A stretch of 64,000 bases of DNA from Minisyncoccota bacterium (GTDB taxonomy: Bacteria > Patescibacteriota > Minisyncoccia > Phycocordibacterales > UBA9973), in assembly GCA_041661005.1 (NCBI GenBank), contig JBAZVG010000001.1:671515-735514 (forward strand), in the 5' to 3' direction. The position numbers and the translations under genes were made by a program. A model generated the notes under the pieces. That model saw only the letters and a list, made by a program, of their open reading frames with translations, ran no database searches and was not told the DNA's origin. Shown one piece after another: positions 36,543 through 47,098 of this stretch; positions within the stretch are counted from its first letter, which is position 1; each line of letters begins with the position of its first letter.

Positions 36543-38303
36543 ATGCAAATCAATGAAGAGCAGTTTAAGAAAGTTATTTTAGAGGGAGGACTTGTTTCTA
36601 AAACAGATTTTAATTCTGCATTAAAGATAGCCGAAGCTAAAAAACAAAAGATTGGGAATGTTCTCCTTTCAGAAGGAAAAATAACTGAAACTGATCTAAA
36701 ACGAACAGAGGCTTTTGTCTTGGGAATACCTTTTGTCAGCTTAGTTGATCAAAAGATAGATTTCTCCGTTCTCTCGTTGATTCCTGAACCGATCGCGCGT
36801 AACGACAATATTGTTGCGTATAAAAAAAGTGAGAATGGGCTGGAAGTCGCGATGCTTGACGTGGACGATCTGCCGGTAATTGATTTTATTAAAAAGCGTT
36901 CTGGGCTCAAGATTATGCCTCGCTTGACCGACACAATTTCCATCAAAGCTGTGCTTGTGCAGTATAGGAAAAGTTTAAAAGCGGAATTTCAGAATATCAT
37001 ACAAAAAGAATCTACGACGCTCGGGGATGTGCAAGATGGGGAAGGCGAGAAATCCAGCGAAAAATCTGAATCAGAACTGAAAGAACTTGCTGAGGATTTA
37101 CCAGTTGTGAAAATTGTTGATTCTTTGATTTTTCACGCAATTCTGCAAAATGCGTCCGATATCCATATTGAACCGGGTGAACGCGAACTTACGGTGCGTT
37201 ATAGGATAGATGGCATATTGCATGATGCCATGGTCTTGGACAAGGCTGCCGGCGCTGGCATCACTGCCCGCGTCAAAGTGTTGGCAAATTTAAAGCTGGA
37301 TGAAAAAAGACTGCCTCAAGACGGAAGGTTTAAAAAAGAACAAGATGGAGAAAAAATTTCTTTTCGAGTTTCCACCTTGCCTACTTTTTTTGGAGAAAAA
37401 ACTGTTATGAGAATTTTGAAAGAAAATGCGCACGGATTTTCTTTGGAGACACTCGGTTTTCATGGAGAGGGGTTGGAGAGGATACACAATTCATTGTCTC
37501 AAAAAACAGGCATGGTTCTCGCTACTGGACCCACAGGTTCAGGAAAAACAACAACACTTTATACAATGCTTGATATTTTAAATAAGCCCGAAGTAAATAT
37601 TTCTACAGTCGAAGATCCTATAGAATATCAAATGCCAAGAGTCAACCAAACGCAGGTAAAGCCTGAAATAGGTTTGACTTTTGCCAATGGACTTCGTTCA
37701 CTCCTCCGCCAAGATCCGGATATAATAATGGTGGGCGAGATCAGAGATGGAGAAACGGCAGGGCTTGCAGTCAATGCTTCGCTTACTGGTCACTTGGTCC
37801 TCTCGACCATTCATACCAATAGCGCATCAGGCGCGATACCCAGGTTGATAGACATGGGTGTCGAACCCTTTTTGATTACGGCGACAGTTAAAACAATCAT
37901 CGCGCAAAGATTGGTGCGCAGACTTACACCGAACAAAGAAAAATATTTTTTATCATCTGTCGAAATAAAAAATTTGGCTAAAGTTGTTGACCTAGACCGA
38001 GTGCTGGGTTTTCTAAAAACCGAAAATATTATAGGCGCAAAAGATACTTGGGATAAAATTCCTTTTTATAAAGCGGTCAAGAGTAGTGAATTTGAAGATG
38101 GTTATGCAAATCGCATGGGTATGCATGAAGTGTTAAAAGTTACGCCCACCATAAAAGAGATGATCCTTGCCGGGAAATCTCAAGATGACATAGAAATACA
38201 GGCGAAGAAAGAAGGAATGATGACAATGATTGAAGATGGAGTGTTTCAAGCAGTCTTGGGTGTGACTACCTTGGAGGAAGTGTTTCGTGTTGTTTCGGAA
38301 TAG
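36543..38303 (+). CDS. pilB: Type IV pilus assembly ATPase (PilB/GspE)
   Basis: ASDIHIEP, RLPQDGR, GPTGSGKTTTLY, LRQDPDIIMVGEIRD. Confidence 0.95.
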   Translation: MQINEEQFKKVILEGGLVSKTDFNSALKIAEAKKQKIGNVLLSEGKITETDLKRTEAFVLGIPFVSLVDQKIDFSVLSLIPEPIARNDNIVAYKKSENGLEVAMLDVDDLPVIDFIKKRSGLKIMPRLTDTISIKAVLVQYRKSLKAEFQNIIQKESTTLGDVQDGEGEKSSEKSESELKELAEDLPVVKIVDSLIFHAILQNASDIHIEPGERELTVRYRIDGILHDAMVLDKAAGAGITARVKVLANLKLDEKRLPQDGRFKKEQDGEKISFRVSTLPTFFGEKTVMRILKENAHGFSLETLGFHGEGLERIHNSLSQKTGMVLATGPTGSGKTTTLYTMLDILNKPEVNISTVEDPIEYQMPRVNQTQVKPEIGLTFANGLRSLLRQDPDIIMVGEIRDGETAGLAVNASLTGHLVLSTIHTNSASGAIPRLIDMGVEPFLITATVKTIIAQRLVRRLTPNKEKYFLSSVEIKNLAKVVDLDRVLGFLKTENIIGAKDTWDKIPFYKAVKSSEFEDGYANRMGMHEVLKVTPTIKEMILAGKSQDDIEIQAKKEGMMTMIEDGVFQAVLGVTTLEEVFRVVSE

Positions 38304-38314
38304 AAGATATATTT

Positions 38315-39532
38315 ATGCTTTTCTCATACAAGGCAAAATCAAAAGAAGGCGAGGTGACAGAGGGCGTGTTGGAAGCCTCAGACCGTCTAGCGCTCGCTCA
38401 TGACTTGCGTGGTCGGGGGTTTATTCCCATATCAATAACGAAGAAAGGTGGAAGTTTTACTGACAAGCTGCCTTTTATTACTGGCATATTTTCTAAGGTT
38501 TCAAATTCTGAGCAAATTGTTTTAGCAAAAAATTTAAGCGGAATGCTGAAGGCAGGATTGTCGCTTTTCAGGGCGTTGTCGGTTTTAAAGAAGCAGACAA
38601 AAAATCCCAAACTTAGCAAGATTTTAATATCCATTTCTGACGACATAAACTCCGGCGGGACGTTATCTTCTGGGCTTTCAAAATTTCCAAATATTTTTTC
38701 AAAACTCTTTATATCGATGACACGCGCCGGAGAAGAGTCTGGCAACTTAGTCAGCGCTCTCTCTGATGTCGGATTGAATCTAGAGAAATCCAACTCTCTG
38801 ACCAAAAGGATACACGGAGCGCTGATTTATCCGGGAATAATTTTATGTGCGATGGTTGTGATCGGTGTCTTAATGTTTGCCTTTGTAGTGCCGACGCTTG
38901 CTGGCACATTCAAAGAGCTTGGCGTTGCTTTACCTCTCTCAACTCGTAGCCTTATTTTTTTTGGTAATTTTTTCTCGAATCATTTGATCCTGACTTTTGC
39001 GATTATAATCGGCGTAGCTCTCGGTTTGAGTTTTCTTTTTCGCGCAAAATTTGTGGCAAAATATATTGATTATATTGTTGTGAGGATTCCAATCATTGGA
39101 AATTTAGCAAAAGAATTAAACACCGCTCGCACTGCTCGCACTATGTCTTCACTCTTGTTGGCAGGAGTTTCCATAACCCGCGCGGTGGAAATTACTGAAG
39201 ACGTCGTGCAGAATTTTTATTACAAAAAAGTTTTAGAAGAAACAAAAATCGCGATAGAAAAAGGAATTCCGTTTTCTAAAATTTTTGAAGCAAATAGTAA
39301 TCTTTATCCCATAATGATGTCGGAAATGATCCAAGTTGGAGAAGAAACTGGGAAACTGTCGGATATGTTGCTTGAAATTGCTTTGTTTTATGAAAAGGAA
39401 ATTGAAAATAAAACTAAAAATCTATCTACAATCATAGAGCCGTTTTTGATGATCGTTATTGGAGCGGGAGTCGGATTTTTTGCCATTTCCATGATATCGC
39501 CACTTTATTCGATTTTGGGCAGTATAAATTAA
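38315..39532 (+). CDS. pilC: Type IV pilus platform protein (PilC/GspF)
   Basis: AGEESGNL, ALIYP, VGEETGKL, IEP. Confidence 0.95.
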   Translation: MLFSYKAKSKEGEVTEGVLEASDRLALAHDLRGRGFIPISITKKGGSFTDKLPFITGIFSKVSNSEQIVLAKNLSGMLKAGLSLFRALSVLKKQTKNPKLSKILISISDDINSGGTLSSGLSKFPNIFSKLFISMTRAGEESGNLVSALSDVGLNLEKSNSLTKRIHGALIYPGIILCAMVVIGVLMFAFVVPTLAGTFKELGVALPLSTRSLIFFGNFFSNHLILTFAIIIGVALGLSFLFRAKFVAKYIDYIVVRIPIIGNLAKELNTARTARTMSSLLLAGVSITRAVEITEDVVQNFYYKKVLEETKIAIEKGIPFSKIFEANSNLYPIMMSEMIQVGEETGKLSDMLLEIALFYEKEIENKTKNLSTIIEPFLMIVIGAGVGFFAISMISPLYSILGSIN

Positions 39533-39560
39533 TCAGCCAGATAGAGCCTAAAGCCCTATC

Positions 39561-41012
39561 TCATTTTACTTCTTGCCAAGAAAGGATGACGTATTGCTCA
39601 GAAGTTAGCGGAAAGTTTGGTGGGGGGGCATAAAGCAAGTTTGCATCGTAAGTTATATCTCGTATGGTGTAACCCGTGCCATTTGTATATGCGAATCCAT
39701 ATCGAGCATATGATGCTATCATGCCGTAGAGAGAAATGACATCGCGGTTTCTGTAAACACAACTTCCTCCACCAAAGTAAGGTCTTCCCACCCTGTCGTT
39801 TTGAGCAATCAAGGCAGCATCTATTTCTAAATCAGTGTCACTAATCATTCCGACTGTGACGGCGCCTTGTCCAATGAGTCCGATGGTATCTGTGCCGTCA
39901 AAATAGGTGTATCTAATGTCATTATTTATAATTATATTTTTATTAACAATCGGATTTATCAAATCAGCTGCCACAATAGTCAAACGAGCTCCATCTATTT
40001 GTCCATCCACAACGATGTTGTCTTCCAGAAAAATTGTTCCATTAACGGGAAAATTATAATTACCCTGCAGGGTTTGCGCGCCAATAGTCCAACTTAAAGT
40101 GTTCGGAGCTTGCGTAGAGCAATTTCCCAAGCCTGCCCAGTTATTTATTTTATATAGATCAAAAGTATCATTGGTTTTTAAAACTATATGATAGCCCACA
40201 AACCCAGCTCCAGCCACATCTCGGTAAAACCCATTTGCTATTGCGCTTGCTTTTAGGACAGCAAGATCAGCTGTGAAGCCGGAGAAGTTTATGGTTGGTT
40301 GGCTTATTAGGCGTCCGACTTCAAAAACGTCTAGCCGAGAAGGCAACACAGTAGGTGGCGATGGATCATCGGCCCCAAGACAAGTATGAACACCCCAAGA
40401 GTCGTCGGTGCAAGCATCACTGTCTGTGTCTGTATAAGTTGTCGTTCCACTGGTTACGATATTATGCGCCAGACCGTCAAAACGAATTCCACCATTGATA
40501 TGTACTGGTCCGAAAATTTCTGTGCCTGCGCCAAAACGCATGGCATTATTTCCCGCCACTGAGTATTTTGCGATTGAAGGTTTAGCCACGAAGGTTTCTA
40601 TTTTCCGCAAAAACGATGAATCAGATGATGAGGAGCCGGTGGATTTTATTTTTACTTTAGTTGAGCCTGAGAATGGGGGAGTTATGTCAAGAGAAAATTG
40701 TCCGATGGTGTCGCCATTTTTATCTTGAAGCGGATGAACATACGGTCCCGCGATTCCTGTGCCGTCTTGATAATCAGTGGGTGCGTGTGCCAAGTGCCAG
40801 CGATAATAATCTATCCCAGCTTCAGCTGATTGAAAGGCCTGTTCTCGATTGAAAGCTACTCGGCCGGCTTTGATAGATGCAGCTGCCCAAGCTGAAAGAG
40901 CGCTAATAATCATTACGACCACCACAGCAAATACCATTGTTTGCACGATAATCATGCCACCTTGTCTATTTAATTTGCCTATTTTATTCTGTCCCATTTT
41001 TTTCTTTATCAT
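39561..41012 (-). CDS. PilX-like minor pilin/adhesin
   Basis: RQGG followed by a hydrophobic helix, AFQSAEAG, C-terminal SWQE. Confidence 0.75.
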   Translation of the reverse strand: MIKKKMGQNKIGKLNRQGGMIIVQTMVFAVVVVMIISALSAWAAASIKAGRVAFNREQAFQSAEAGIDYYRWHLAHAPTDYQDGTGIAGPYVHPLQDKNGDTIGQFSLDITPPFSGSTKVKIKSTGSSSSDSSFLRKIETFVAKPSIAKYSVAGNNAMRFGAGTEIFGPVHINGGIRFDGLAHNIVTSGTTTYTDTDSDACTDDSWGVHTCLGADDPSPPTVLPSRLDVFEVGRLISQPTINFSGFTADLAVLKASAIANGFYRDVAGAGFVGYHIVLKTNDTFDLYKINNWAGLGNCSTQAPNTLSWTIGAQTLQGNYNFPVNGTIFLEDNIVVDGQIDGARLTIVAADLINPIVNKNIIINNDIRYTYFDGTDTIGLIGQGAVTVGMISDTDLEIDAALIAQNDRVGRPYFGGGSCVYRNRDVISLYGMIASYARYGFAYTNGTGYTIRDITYDANLLYAPPPNFPLTSEQYVILSWQEVK

Positions 41013-41626
41013 AAATTATCCTTCAAATTTCTTAAAGAAACTTGAGTGCTTAATGTCATTGGAGTGGGTGGACGATTCGGATCTTGATCCATCGTAATAA
41101 TAATTTTTATTAGACGAATCGCAGGTATATCTACAGGAAAGGTTAGTGGTGCTGTGGTTCCATCGTAGTTTTTATCATAATAGTCAAAAATTGAAGCGCT
41201 GGTTATATTATTTGCAAGGGTTGAAATATTTTCATTAAGAGCGTTATAGGTTAAAGGGCTACCTGTGGGCTTGATCACCCCTTTTTGTAATGTTGTGCCT
41301 GTCAAAAAATACCTAACTTTTTCTTTTAATCCATCATTGTCTATATCAGAGTAGAAGGTGAAAGACGAGGCTGTGGCTGCGCTTATAATATATGCTCCAG
41401 TGTCGGCAGTGGAAGCCGTGCGTATTTCAGAGACCATTGTTTTTAATAATTGTCTTCCAACGTCGGAGTTATTAAATCCGGATGAAATAAAAGTGTTGTA
41501 GATCCAGACATTTCTTGAAAAAAGAGTGAGTACCCCGATTATTACAGCAAAAATTGCTACGCTAACAAGAATTTCAATTAAGGTAAACCCACGCATTGAT
41601 TTTTTATTTTTAGTGTTGTTTGTCAT
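41009..41626 (-). CDS. Prepilin-type minor pilin (PilW-like)
   Basis: RGFTLIEILV N-methylation motif; ends V.LRN. Confidence 0.85.
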   Translation of the reverse strand: MTNNTKNKKSMRGFTLIEILVSVAIFAVIIGVLTLFSRNVWIYNTFISSGFNNSDVGRQLLKTMVSEIRTASTADTGAYIISAATASSFTFYSDIDNDGLKEKVRYFLTGTTLQKGVIKPTGSPLTYNALNENISTLANNITSASIFDYYDKNYDGTTAPLTFPVDIPAIRLIKIIITMDQDPNRPPTPMTLSTQVSLRNLKDNL

Positions 41627-41627
41627 T

Positions 41628-42953
41628 TTATGGCATAAGAATTATATTTTGATTTTGCCAGGGAATAGATACATCAATAGAAGTCACAGAATCTTGATAT
41701 CCTGCTTTGGAAACCGTGAGTGTGTATGTATCACTAGGAAGACCATTCCAAAATACCTGACCTGGGGTCGGGCATAATGCGACGGAATTTGTAGTTTTAG
41801 TTTCATCAAATCCACCACTTTCTAAACGAACGCTCGCTCCATCTATCGCGACATCGGAAGAATCTTTAACAGAGACTAGGAGAGCTCTATTTACATGTGG
41901 CACGGCAACCAATTGCAATGTTCTGCTCTCGTTTGGATTTATTGCAAAAGATGGGAGAGGAGTTGTGCCGGCCAAGTCATAGGAGGCGGAGGTAAGTAAA
42001 GCAGAATAAGTATCCCATCCCACATTTGCGATTTGATGACTACCCACCGAATTGGTAGTAAAATTTTGTGTCGGGTATTTTAAAATTCCAGGGCCGATCT
42101 CCTTGGTGCCTGTAAGAGAAAAGCCAATATTGGGGAGTGTTGCGCAAGAGGAATTCACTGTCCCGACTGTTAACAAACTCAACCTATCTATTGAAAGACT
42201 AGTTTGGGTGACTTGTTGTTGGGCAACATTGGCGTCAGGATTAGCCGGAGTTGGTCCAGCTAATCCTCCCGGCGGATAGGTCTGATCTTCCGTGTAACCA
42301 GCTTTTGTGGCTGAGATATTATAAGCATTTGCTCCAGTTGGCGCGTCTATTATTTTTACCCATCCAGTGTTGTCAGTCGTTTCATCAATAATGGTATCTG
42401 GGTTTGTTTGTGTGTTTACTATGTGAACCGATGCGTTTGGAATAGAGATACCGTTTGCATCAAAAACTCGGATAAAAAGCGCGCCATTAACAGAAGCAGT
42501 TTCGAGCGCGTGCGGGGCGACGAGAGTGGTGAATTTAAGCGGAGAGAATATTTTGCAATTTGAACATACTATATTTAAATCTGCCAATTTATAATCTGCT
42601 GGCGATATGTCGTTCGGGGTTTCTCCAATCATACCGTCAAAAGGATCGTCCGCACTTCTGATTGTTGTCTCTAAGGTAAAAGAATATCCATCTCGCAGTA
42701 TTATTTCTGTTCTTTGGATTTTTCCTACCGGAAGTCCCGCAACTATACCTACATCGTCATAAGGCAGATTGCGTATAATTTCAAATCTTTCATTGGCTAG
42801 AGCGGTGGCTGCCAATTTTGCTCGCGAAGCTGTCACAGCTTCCATTAATACTCCAAAAGCCTTGTATGCAGACAAGGCTAGGACAAGAAAAATCGCGCTA
42901 CCGACTAGTGTTTCAATTAAGGTGAATCCTTTAGAATGAGTATGTAAATTCAT
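41628..42953 (-). CDS. Prepilin-type protein (PilV-like) with carboxypeptidase-regulatory-like domains
   Basis: KGFTLIETLV; Y.ISATKAGY and YTLTVSKAGY repeats. Confidence 0.85.
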   Translation of the reverse strand: MNLHTHSKGFTLIETLVGSAIFLVLALSAYKAFGVLMEAVTASRAKLAATALANERFEIIRNLPYDDVGIVAGLPVGKIQRTEIILRDGYSFTLETTIRSADDPFDGMIGETPNDISPADYKLADLNIVCSNCKIFSPLKFTTLVAPHALETASVNGALFIRVFDANGISIPNASVHIVNTQTNPDTIIDETTDNTGWVKIIDAPTGANAYNISATKAGYTEDQTYPPGGLAGPTPANPDANVAQQQVTQTSLSIDRLSLLTVGTVNSSCATLPNIGFSLTGTKEIGPGILKYPTQNFTTNSVGSHQIANVGWDTYSALLTSASYDLAGTTPLPSFAINPNESRTLQLVAVPHVNRALLVSVKDSSDVAIDGASVRLESGGFDETKTTNSVALCPTPGQVFWNGLPSDTYTLTVSKAGYQDSVTSIDVSIPWQNQNIILMP

Positions 42954-42990
42954 TATATATATTTTAACGCATTATGGTATAATTTGCTAT

Positions 42991-43755
42991 ATGTTAAAGA
43001 AAGTAATCATAGGCAACTGGAAAATGAATCCGCTTTCTTTGAAAGAAGCGGAGAAATTGTTTACTGACGTAGCAGAGGGAATGTCTCAAATTAAAAAGAC
43101 AGAAATAGTTGTTTGTCCGCCGTTTTTGTATTTAGAGAAATTAAAAAAAATTTCCAAAAAGATAACTTTGGGCGCTCAAGATGCTTCTTTTGGAGACACA
43201 GGTCCATTTACTGGGGAGGTTTCAGGTGAAATGCTTTATGACATAGGTGTGAGATATACGATATTGGGACATTCAGAAAGGCGCGCTATGGGAGAAGATA
43301 ACAGCAATATAAATAAAAAGATAAAAGCGTCGCTTTCGGCAGGACTCCGTCCGATATTATGTGTGGGAGAAGAAGCTAGGGATGCTAGTCACAGTTATTT
43401 CAATTTGGTCAAAACACAACTGGAAGAATGTCTTGTTGGAATTTCCAAAAACTCAATTTCAAAAATGATTATCGCTTACGAACCAGTTTGGGCGATTTCT
43501 AGCACCGTCAACCGCCATGATGCCACCTCCAGTGATTGTCGAGAAATGTACATTTTCATTCGCAAGATTCTCTTTGATAGATTTGGTCCTGATGCGGAAA
43601 GCATGAGAGTTATTTATGGTGGTTCGGTGAATGAAAAAGATGCCGAAGATTTTCTAAAAAATGGTGGCGTAGATGGATTGTTGTCTGGTCGCGCCAGCTT
43701 GAACGCCAAAAAATTTACAGATATTATAAAAATATGCGAAGCATTGAAGAATTAA
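42991..43755 (+). CDS. tpiA: Triosephosphate isomerase
   Basis: GNWKMN, GHSERR, AYEPVWAI, YGGSV. Confidence 0.98.
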   Translation: MLKKVIIGNWKMNPLSLKEAEKLFTDVAEGMSQIKKTEIVVCPPFLYLEKLKKISKKITLGAQDASFGDTGPFTGEVSGEMLYDIGVRYTILGHSERRAMGEDNSNINKKIKASLSAGLRPILCVGEEARDASHSYFNLVKTQLEECLVGISKNSISKMIIAYEPVWAISSTVNRHDATSSDCREMYIFIRKILFDRFGPDAESMRVIYGGSVNEKDAEDFLKNGGVDGLLSGRASLNAKKFTDIIKICEALKN

Positions 43756-44849
43756 AAGATATAAAAGGGAAAGTGGTATTTTTACGAGCTGATCTCAATC
43801 TGCCTGTTGTAAACGGAAAGGCTCAAGACGATTTTCGTATAAAAAAAGTTCTGCCCACTATTCTTTTTTTACAAAAGAAAGGAGCTAAAATTATTTTAGC
43901 TAGTCATCTGAGTAAGGGTGAGGGGGGTATGGCACCAGTAAGAGAGGCACTCCGTAAATTTATCAAAGTTAAATTCGTGCCAGAAATTTTAGGAGACAAA
44001 ATAAAGACTGCAATATCGGAAATGAAGGAAGGAGAAGTAATCCTATTGGAGAATTTAAGAAATGATCCAAGGGAAAAAGAAAACAACGAAATTTTTGCAA
44101 CAGAACTTTCCAAACTCGCAGAAATTTATGTCAATGAATCTTTCCCAGTCGATCATAGGGAAGATGCATCAATTGTTCTATTACCCAAACTCCTGCCGGC
44201 GTATGCAGGACTACAGCTCCAAGAAGAAATAAAAAATCTGTCCGGCGCATTTCAGAATCCGGAACGCCCTTTTCTGTTTATCCTAGGCGGCGCGAAGTTT
44301 TCTACTAAATTGCCTTTGATTGAAAAGTATTTGGAGCTCGCTGATAATGTATTTATCGGTGGAGCGCTTTCCAACGATGTTCTAAAGGCTCGAGGGTATG
44401 AAGTGGGGCAATCTTTGGTGGATGATTCGGGTTACGATTTAACTAAACTTCTAGAAAACAAAAAGTTGATAGTGCCGGAAGATATAGTAATTCAAGTGGG
44501 TGATAGATTGGTGAATAAAAAAGTAAGCGAAGTAAAAAGTGACGAAATCATTTTAGATATTGGCGATGAAACGATAAAAAAATTAGAGCCCTATATTAAA
44601 AACGCCAAATTAATTCTCTGGAATGGCCCACTCGGTAAGTATGAAGTTGGCGGAGAAAAAGGAACCAAAAAAATATTAAAGCTAGTATCGGATTCAGGAG
44701 CCAAAAGCATTATCGGTGGGGGAGACACGGTAGCGCTCATATCTGCCATGCAAATAGAAAAAGATTTTTCTTTCATTTCTACCGGTGGCGGAGCCACGCT
44801 CGAATTTCTCGTGAGTGGCACTTTGCCCGGCATCAAAGCGCTTGGATAA
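43734..44849 (+). CDS. pgk: Phosphoglycerate kinase
   Basis: RADLNLP, LLENLR, WNGPLG, GGGDT, STGGGA. Confidence 0.98.
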   Translation: MRSIEELKDIKGKVVFLRADLNLPVVNGKAQDDFRIKKVLPTILFLQKKGAKIILASHLSKGEGGMAPVREALRKFIKVKFVPEILGDKIKTAISEMKEGEVILLENLRNDPREKENNEIFATELSKLAEIYVNESFPVDHREDASIVLLPKLLPAYAGLQLQEEIKNLSGAFQNPERPFLFILGGAKFSTKLPLIEKYLELADNVFIGGALSNDVLKARGYEVGQSLVDDSGYDLTKLLENKKLIVPEDIVIQVGDRLVNKKVSEVKSDEIILDIGDETIKKLEPYIKNAKLILWNGPLGKYEVGGEKGTKKILKLVSDSGAKSIIGGGDTVALISAMQIEKDFSFISTGGGATLEFLVSGTLPGIKALG

Positions 44850-45186
44850 TTTTTTTTGCGTTCTCACTTAGATTTTTTTCATCACCCGAAACTTCTGGCC
44901 ATACCCAAATGTGCGCGTGAGATATTTCCTCACCATAAACTTGAGAACGTATAATATCTGCATTAAATGCTTTTTTTTGAGCCAATGCTATTTTTTTAGC
45001 GATTTCAAAATATTCTCCAATATTTGGCACATCCCAAACCCATCGGTAATGCCTTTTTGGTATTATCTGGGTATGGCCCGGACTCATCGGCTTTATATCT
45101 AAAAAAGCCAGGAAATTTTCATCCTCGTAGACTATGTTAGCAGGTATTTCTTTTTTTACTATTTTACAAAAAATGCAATTTTCCAT
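44833..45186 (-). CDS. HIT-family protein
   Basis: CIFCKI, FLDIKP..PGH, HAHIW; start placed at MENC. Confidence 0.9.
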   Translation of the reverse strand: MENCIFCKIVKKEIPANIVYEDENFLAFLDIKPMSPGHTQIIPKRHYRWVWDVPNIGEYFEIAKKIALAQKKAFNADIIRSQVYGEEISHAHIWVWPEVSGDEKNLSENAKKIIQAL

Positions 45187-45188
45187 GG

Positions 45189-45303
45189 AAAGTTTTTTAA
45201 ATATAATTTTTTCCGGTACGGATTTTTTGAAGCTTAAAAAATCCTGAAATTCTCGGCTCGCCAGCCTCGAAACCCCTTCAAAAATCATATTTCAAAAAAC
45301 TTT
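45189..45303 (+). repeat. Long palindromic element, family C (copy 2)
   Basis: Arms AAAGTTTTTTAAATATAATTTTT / AAAAATCATATTTCAAAAAACTTT; core as at 7872-7934. Confidence 0.93.
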
Positions 45304-45389
45304 ATCTATTATATGCTAAAACAATTTCTAATGGAAATTGTTCGCACGAACATTCGCAGGGCGAATGTTTTAGTGCTAAAATTCCATTT

Positions 45390-47090
45390 ATGCAAAAGTA
45401 TGGTGAATTACTGCGGACACTTTTAGAAAAAAGGGGAATTATTGATGAGGCGCAAGCCGATATTTTTTTAAATCCAGATTACAAGCGAGATCTACACGAT
45501 CCTTTTCTGATGCGGGATATGGAAAAAGCTTGTGTTCGTTTATTTGAAGCCATAGAAAACAAACAAAAAATAGTTATTTACGCAGATTATGATTGTGATG
45601 GTATTCCAGGTGCGGTGATTTTAAATGACCTTTTTATTCTTTTAGGATATAAAAATTACGAGGTTTATATACCACAAAGAAATTCTGAGGGATATGGTCT
45701 TAACCTAGAAGCAATAAAAAAAATTGCTAAATCTGGAACCAAACTTTTAATAACCATTGATCTTGGCATCACAGCGGTGGCGGAAGTAGCGCAACTCACG
45801 GTCGATGGCATTGATGTAATAATTACTGATCACCACCTGCCTCGCGTTGACGCGAGTCAAGGCGGGTTTACCTCTTTAATTTTACCTCGCGCTTATGCAA
45901 TTTTAAATCCAAAAGTGGATGACCCACGCCAAGGCGGGGCAAGTTATCCAGAGAAAATGTTGTGCGGAGCGGGGGTTGTCTTCAAATTTGCTCAAGGTTT
46001 TCTAAAAAAATATGGCGAGTATTTCAAAGTTCGAGAGGGCGCTGAAAAATGGATGCTTGACATGGCAGGTCTCGCCACACTTTCAGACATGGTTCCACTA
46101 ACGGGAGAAAATAGAGCTATTGCGTGTTTCGGAATGAAAGTATTGAGAAAAACTCCACGTCCGGGTTTACAGAAACTTCTTGCGAAAATGAATATAGACC
46201 AACGACATCTTTCAGAAGACGATGTGGGTTTTATGGTGACACCACGGTTGAATGCCGCATCTCGAATGGACAATCCGATGCGGGCGTTTGAACTTCTTGC
46301 CACAGAAGACGAGAAAGAGGGGGGCATGCTAGCTGATCATTTGTCAAAAATAAATGATGAACGAAAGACTATTGTCACAGGAATCATGCGTGATGTAAAT
46401 AAAAAGCTTGAAGCGTATGAACACAAAGAAGTGATAGTCATAGGCAATCCTAAATGGCGCATAGGTGTTTTGGGTCTTGTCGCGGGTAAAATTTCTGATC
46501 AGTATCAAAAACCAGTTTTTGTCTGGGGAAAAGATGAAAATGATTGCATCAAAGGTTCTTGTCGTAGCGATGGTTCAGTGTCAGTAGTAGAACTCATGAC
46601 TGCAACTCGTGAATCTTTCATAGATTTTGGTGGGCATGAGCTTGCTGGGGGATTTACGATTCACAATGAGAAGATTCATTTTCTTGAAGAGATATTGTCG
46701 GCGACCTTTAATAAAGTAAAAAAAATTAAAAAAGAAAATGAAGTAGCTTATGATACTACATCTAGTTTGGGTGTAGTTAATATGAAAAATTGGCGTGAAA
46801 TAGAAAAACTTGCGCCCTTTGGATTTGGCAACCCCAAACCAGTTTTTCTCTTTGAATGTGTCAAAATAGACAAAATAAAAAAATTTGGTAAAAATGGTTC
46901 CGGTGAGCATCTGGAAATTATTTTTTCCGACCGGACAGGTAAAGCCAAGGCAATTTCTTTTTTCTCTGGTGTCGATTCTTTTCAAAAGGCTTTAGTCGAA
47001 GGGCTCTCTGTAAACTTACTTGCTACTTTCGACTTGTCTAGATTTAGAGGTAAAGAAGAGTTAAGATTAAGAATTGAGGATATAATTTAA
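45390..47090 (+). CDS. recJ: Single-stranded DNA exonuclease RecJ
   Basis: DYDCDG, DLG, TDHH, PRLNAASR, GGH. Confidence 0.96.
   Translation: MQKYGELLRTLLEKRGIIDEAQADIFLNPDYKRDLHDPFLMRDMEKACVRLFEAIENKQKIVIYADYDCDGIPGAVILNDLFILLGYKNYEVYIPQRNSEGYGLNLEAIKKIAKSGTKLLITIDLGITAVAEVAQLTVDGIDVIITDHHLPRVDASQGGFTSLILPRAYAILNPKVDDPRQGGASYPEKMLCGAGVVFKFAQGFLKKYGEYFKVREGAEKWMLDMAGLATLSDMVPLTGENRAIACFGMKVLRKTPRPGLQKLLAKMNIDQRHLSEDDVGFMVTPRLNAASRMDNPMRAFELLATEDEKEGGMLADHLSKINDERKTIVTGIMRDVNKKLEAYEHKEVIVIGNPKWRIGVLGLVAGKISDQYQKPVFVWGKDENDCIKGSCRSDGSVSVVELMTATRESFIDFGGHELAGGFTIHNEKIHFLEEILSATFNKVKKIKKENEVAYDTTSSLGVVNMKNWREIEKLAPFGFGNPKPVFLFECVKIDKIKKFGKNGSGEHLEIIFSDRTGKAKAISFFSGVDSFQKALVEGLSVNLLATFDLSRFRGKEELRLRIEDII
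45836..45866 (+). repeat. CCTGCC..GGCGGG element directly after the RecJ DHH motif
   Basis: CCTGCCTCGCGTTGACGCGAGTCAAGGCGGG; encodes LPRVDASQGG. Confidence 0.75.
45923..45943 (-). repeat. 21-nt CTTG hairpin element in recJ
   Basis: Minus strand CTTG-CCCCGCC-TT-GGCGTGGG; encodes PRQGGAS. Confidence 0.7.
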
Positions 47091-47098
47091 GAATATAT

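Noticed and set aside
45321-45369. Overlapping palindromes upstream of recJ (TGTTCGCACGAACA; AACATTCGC-AGG-GCGAATGTT) as an SOS box
   Set aside because: Not repeated upstream of other repair genes in the window and inverted relative to GAAC-N4-GTTC.
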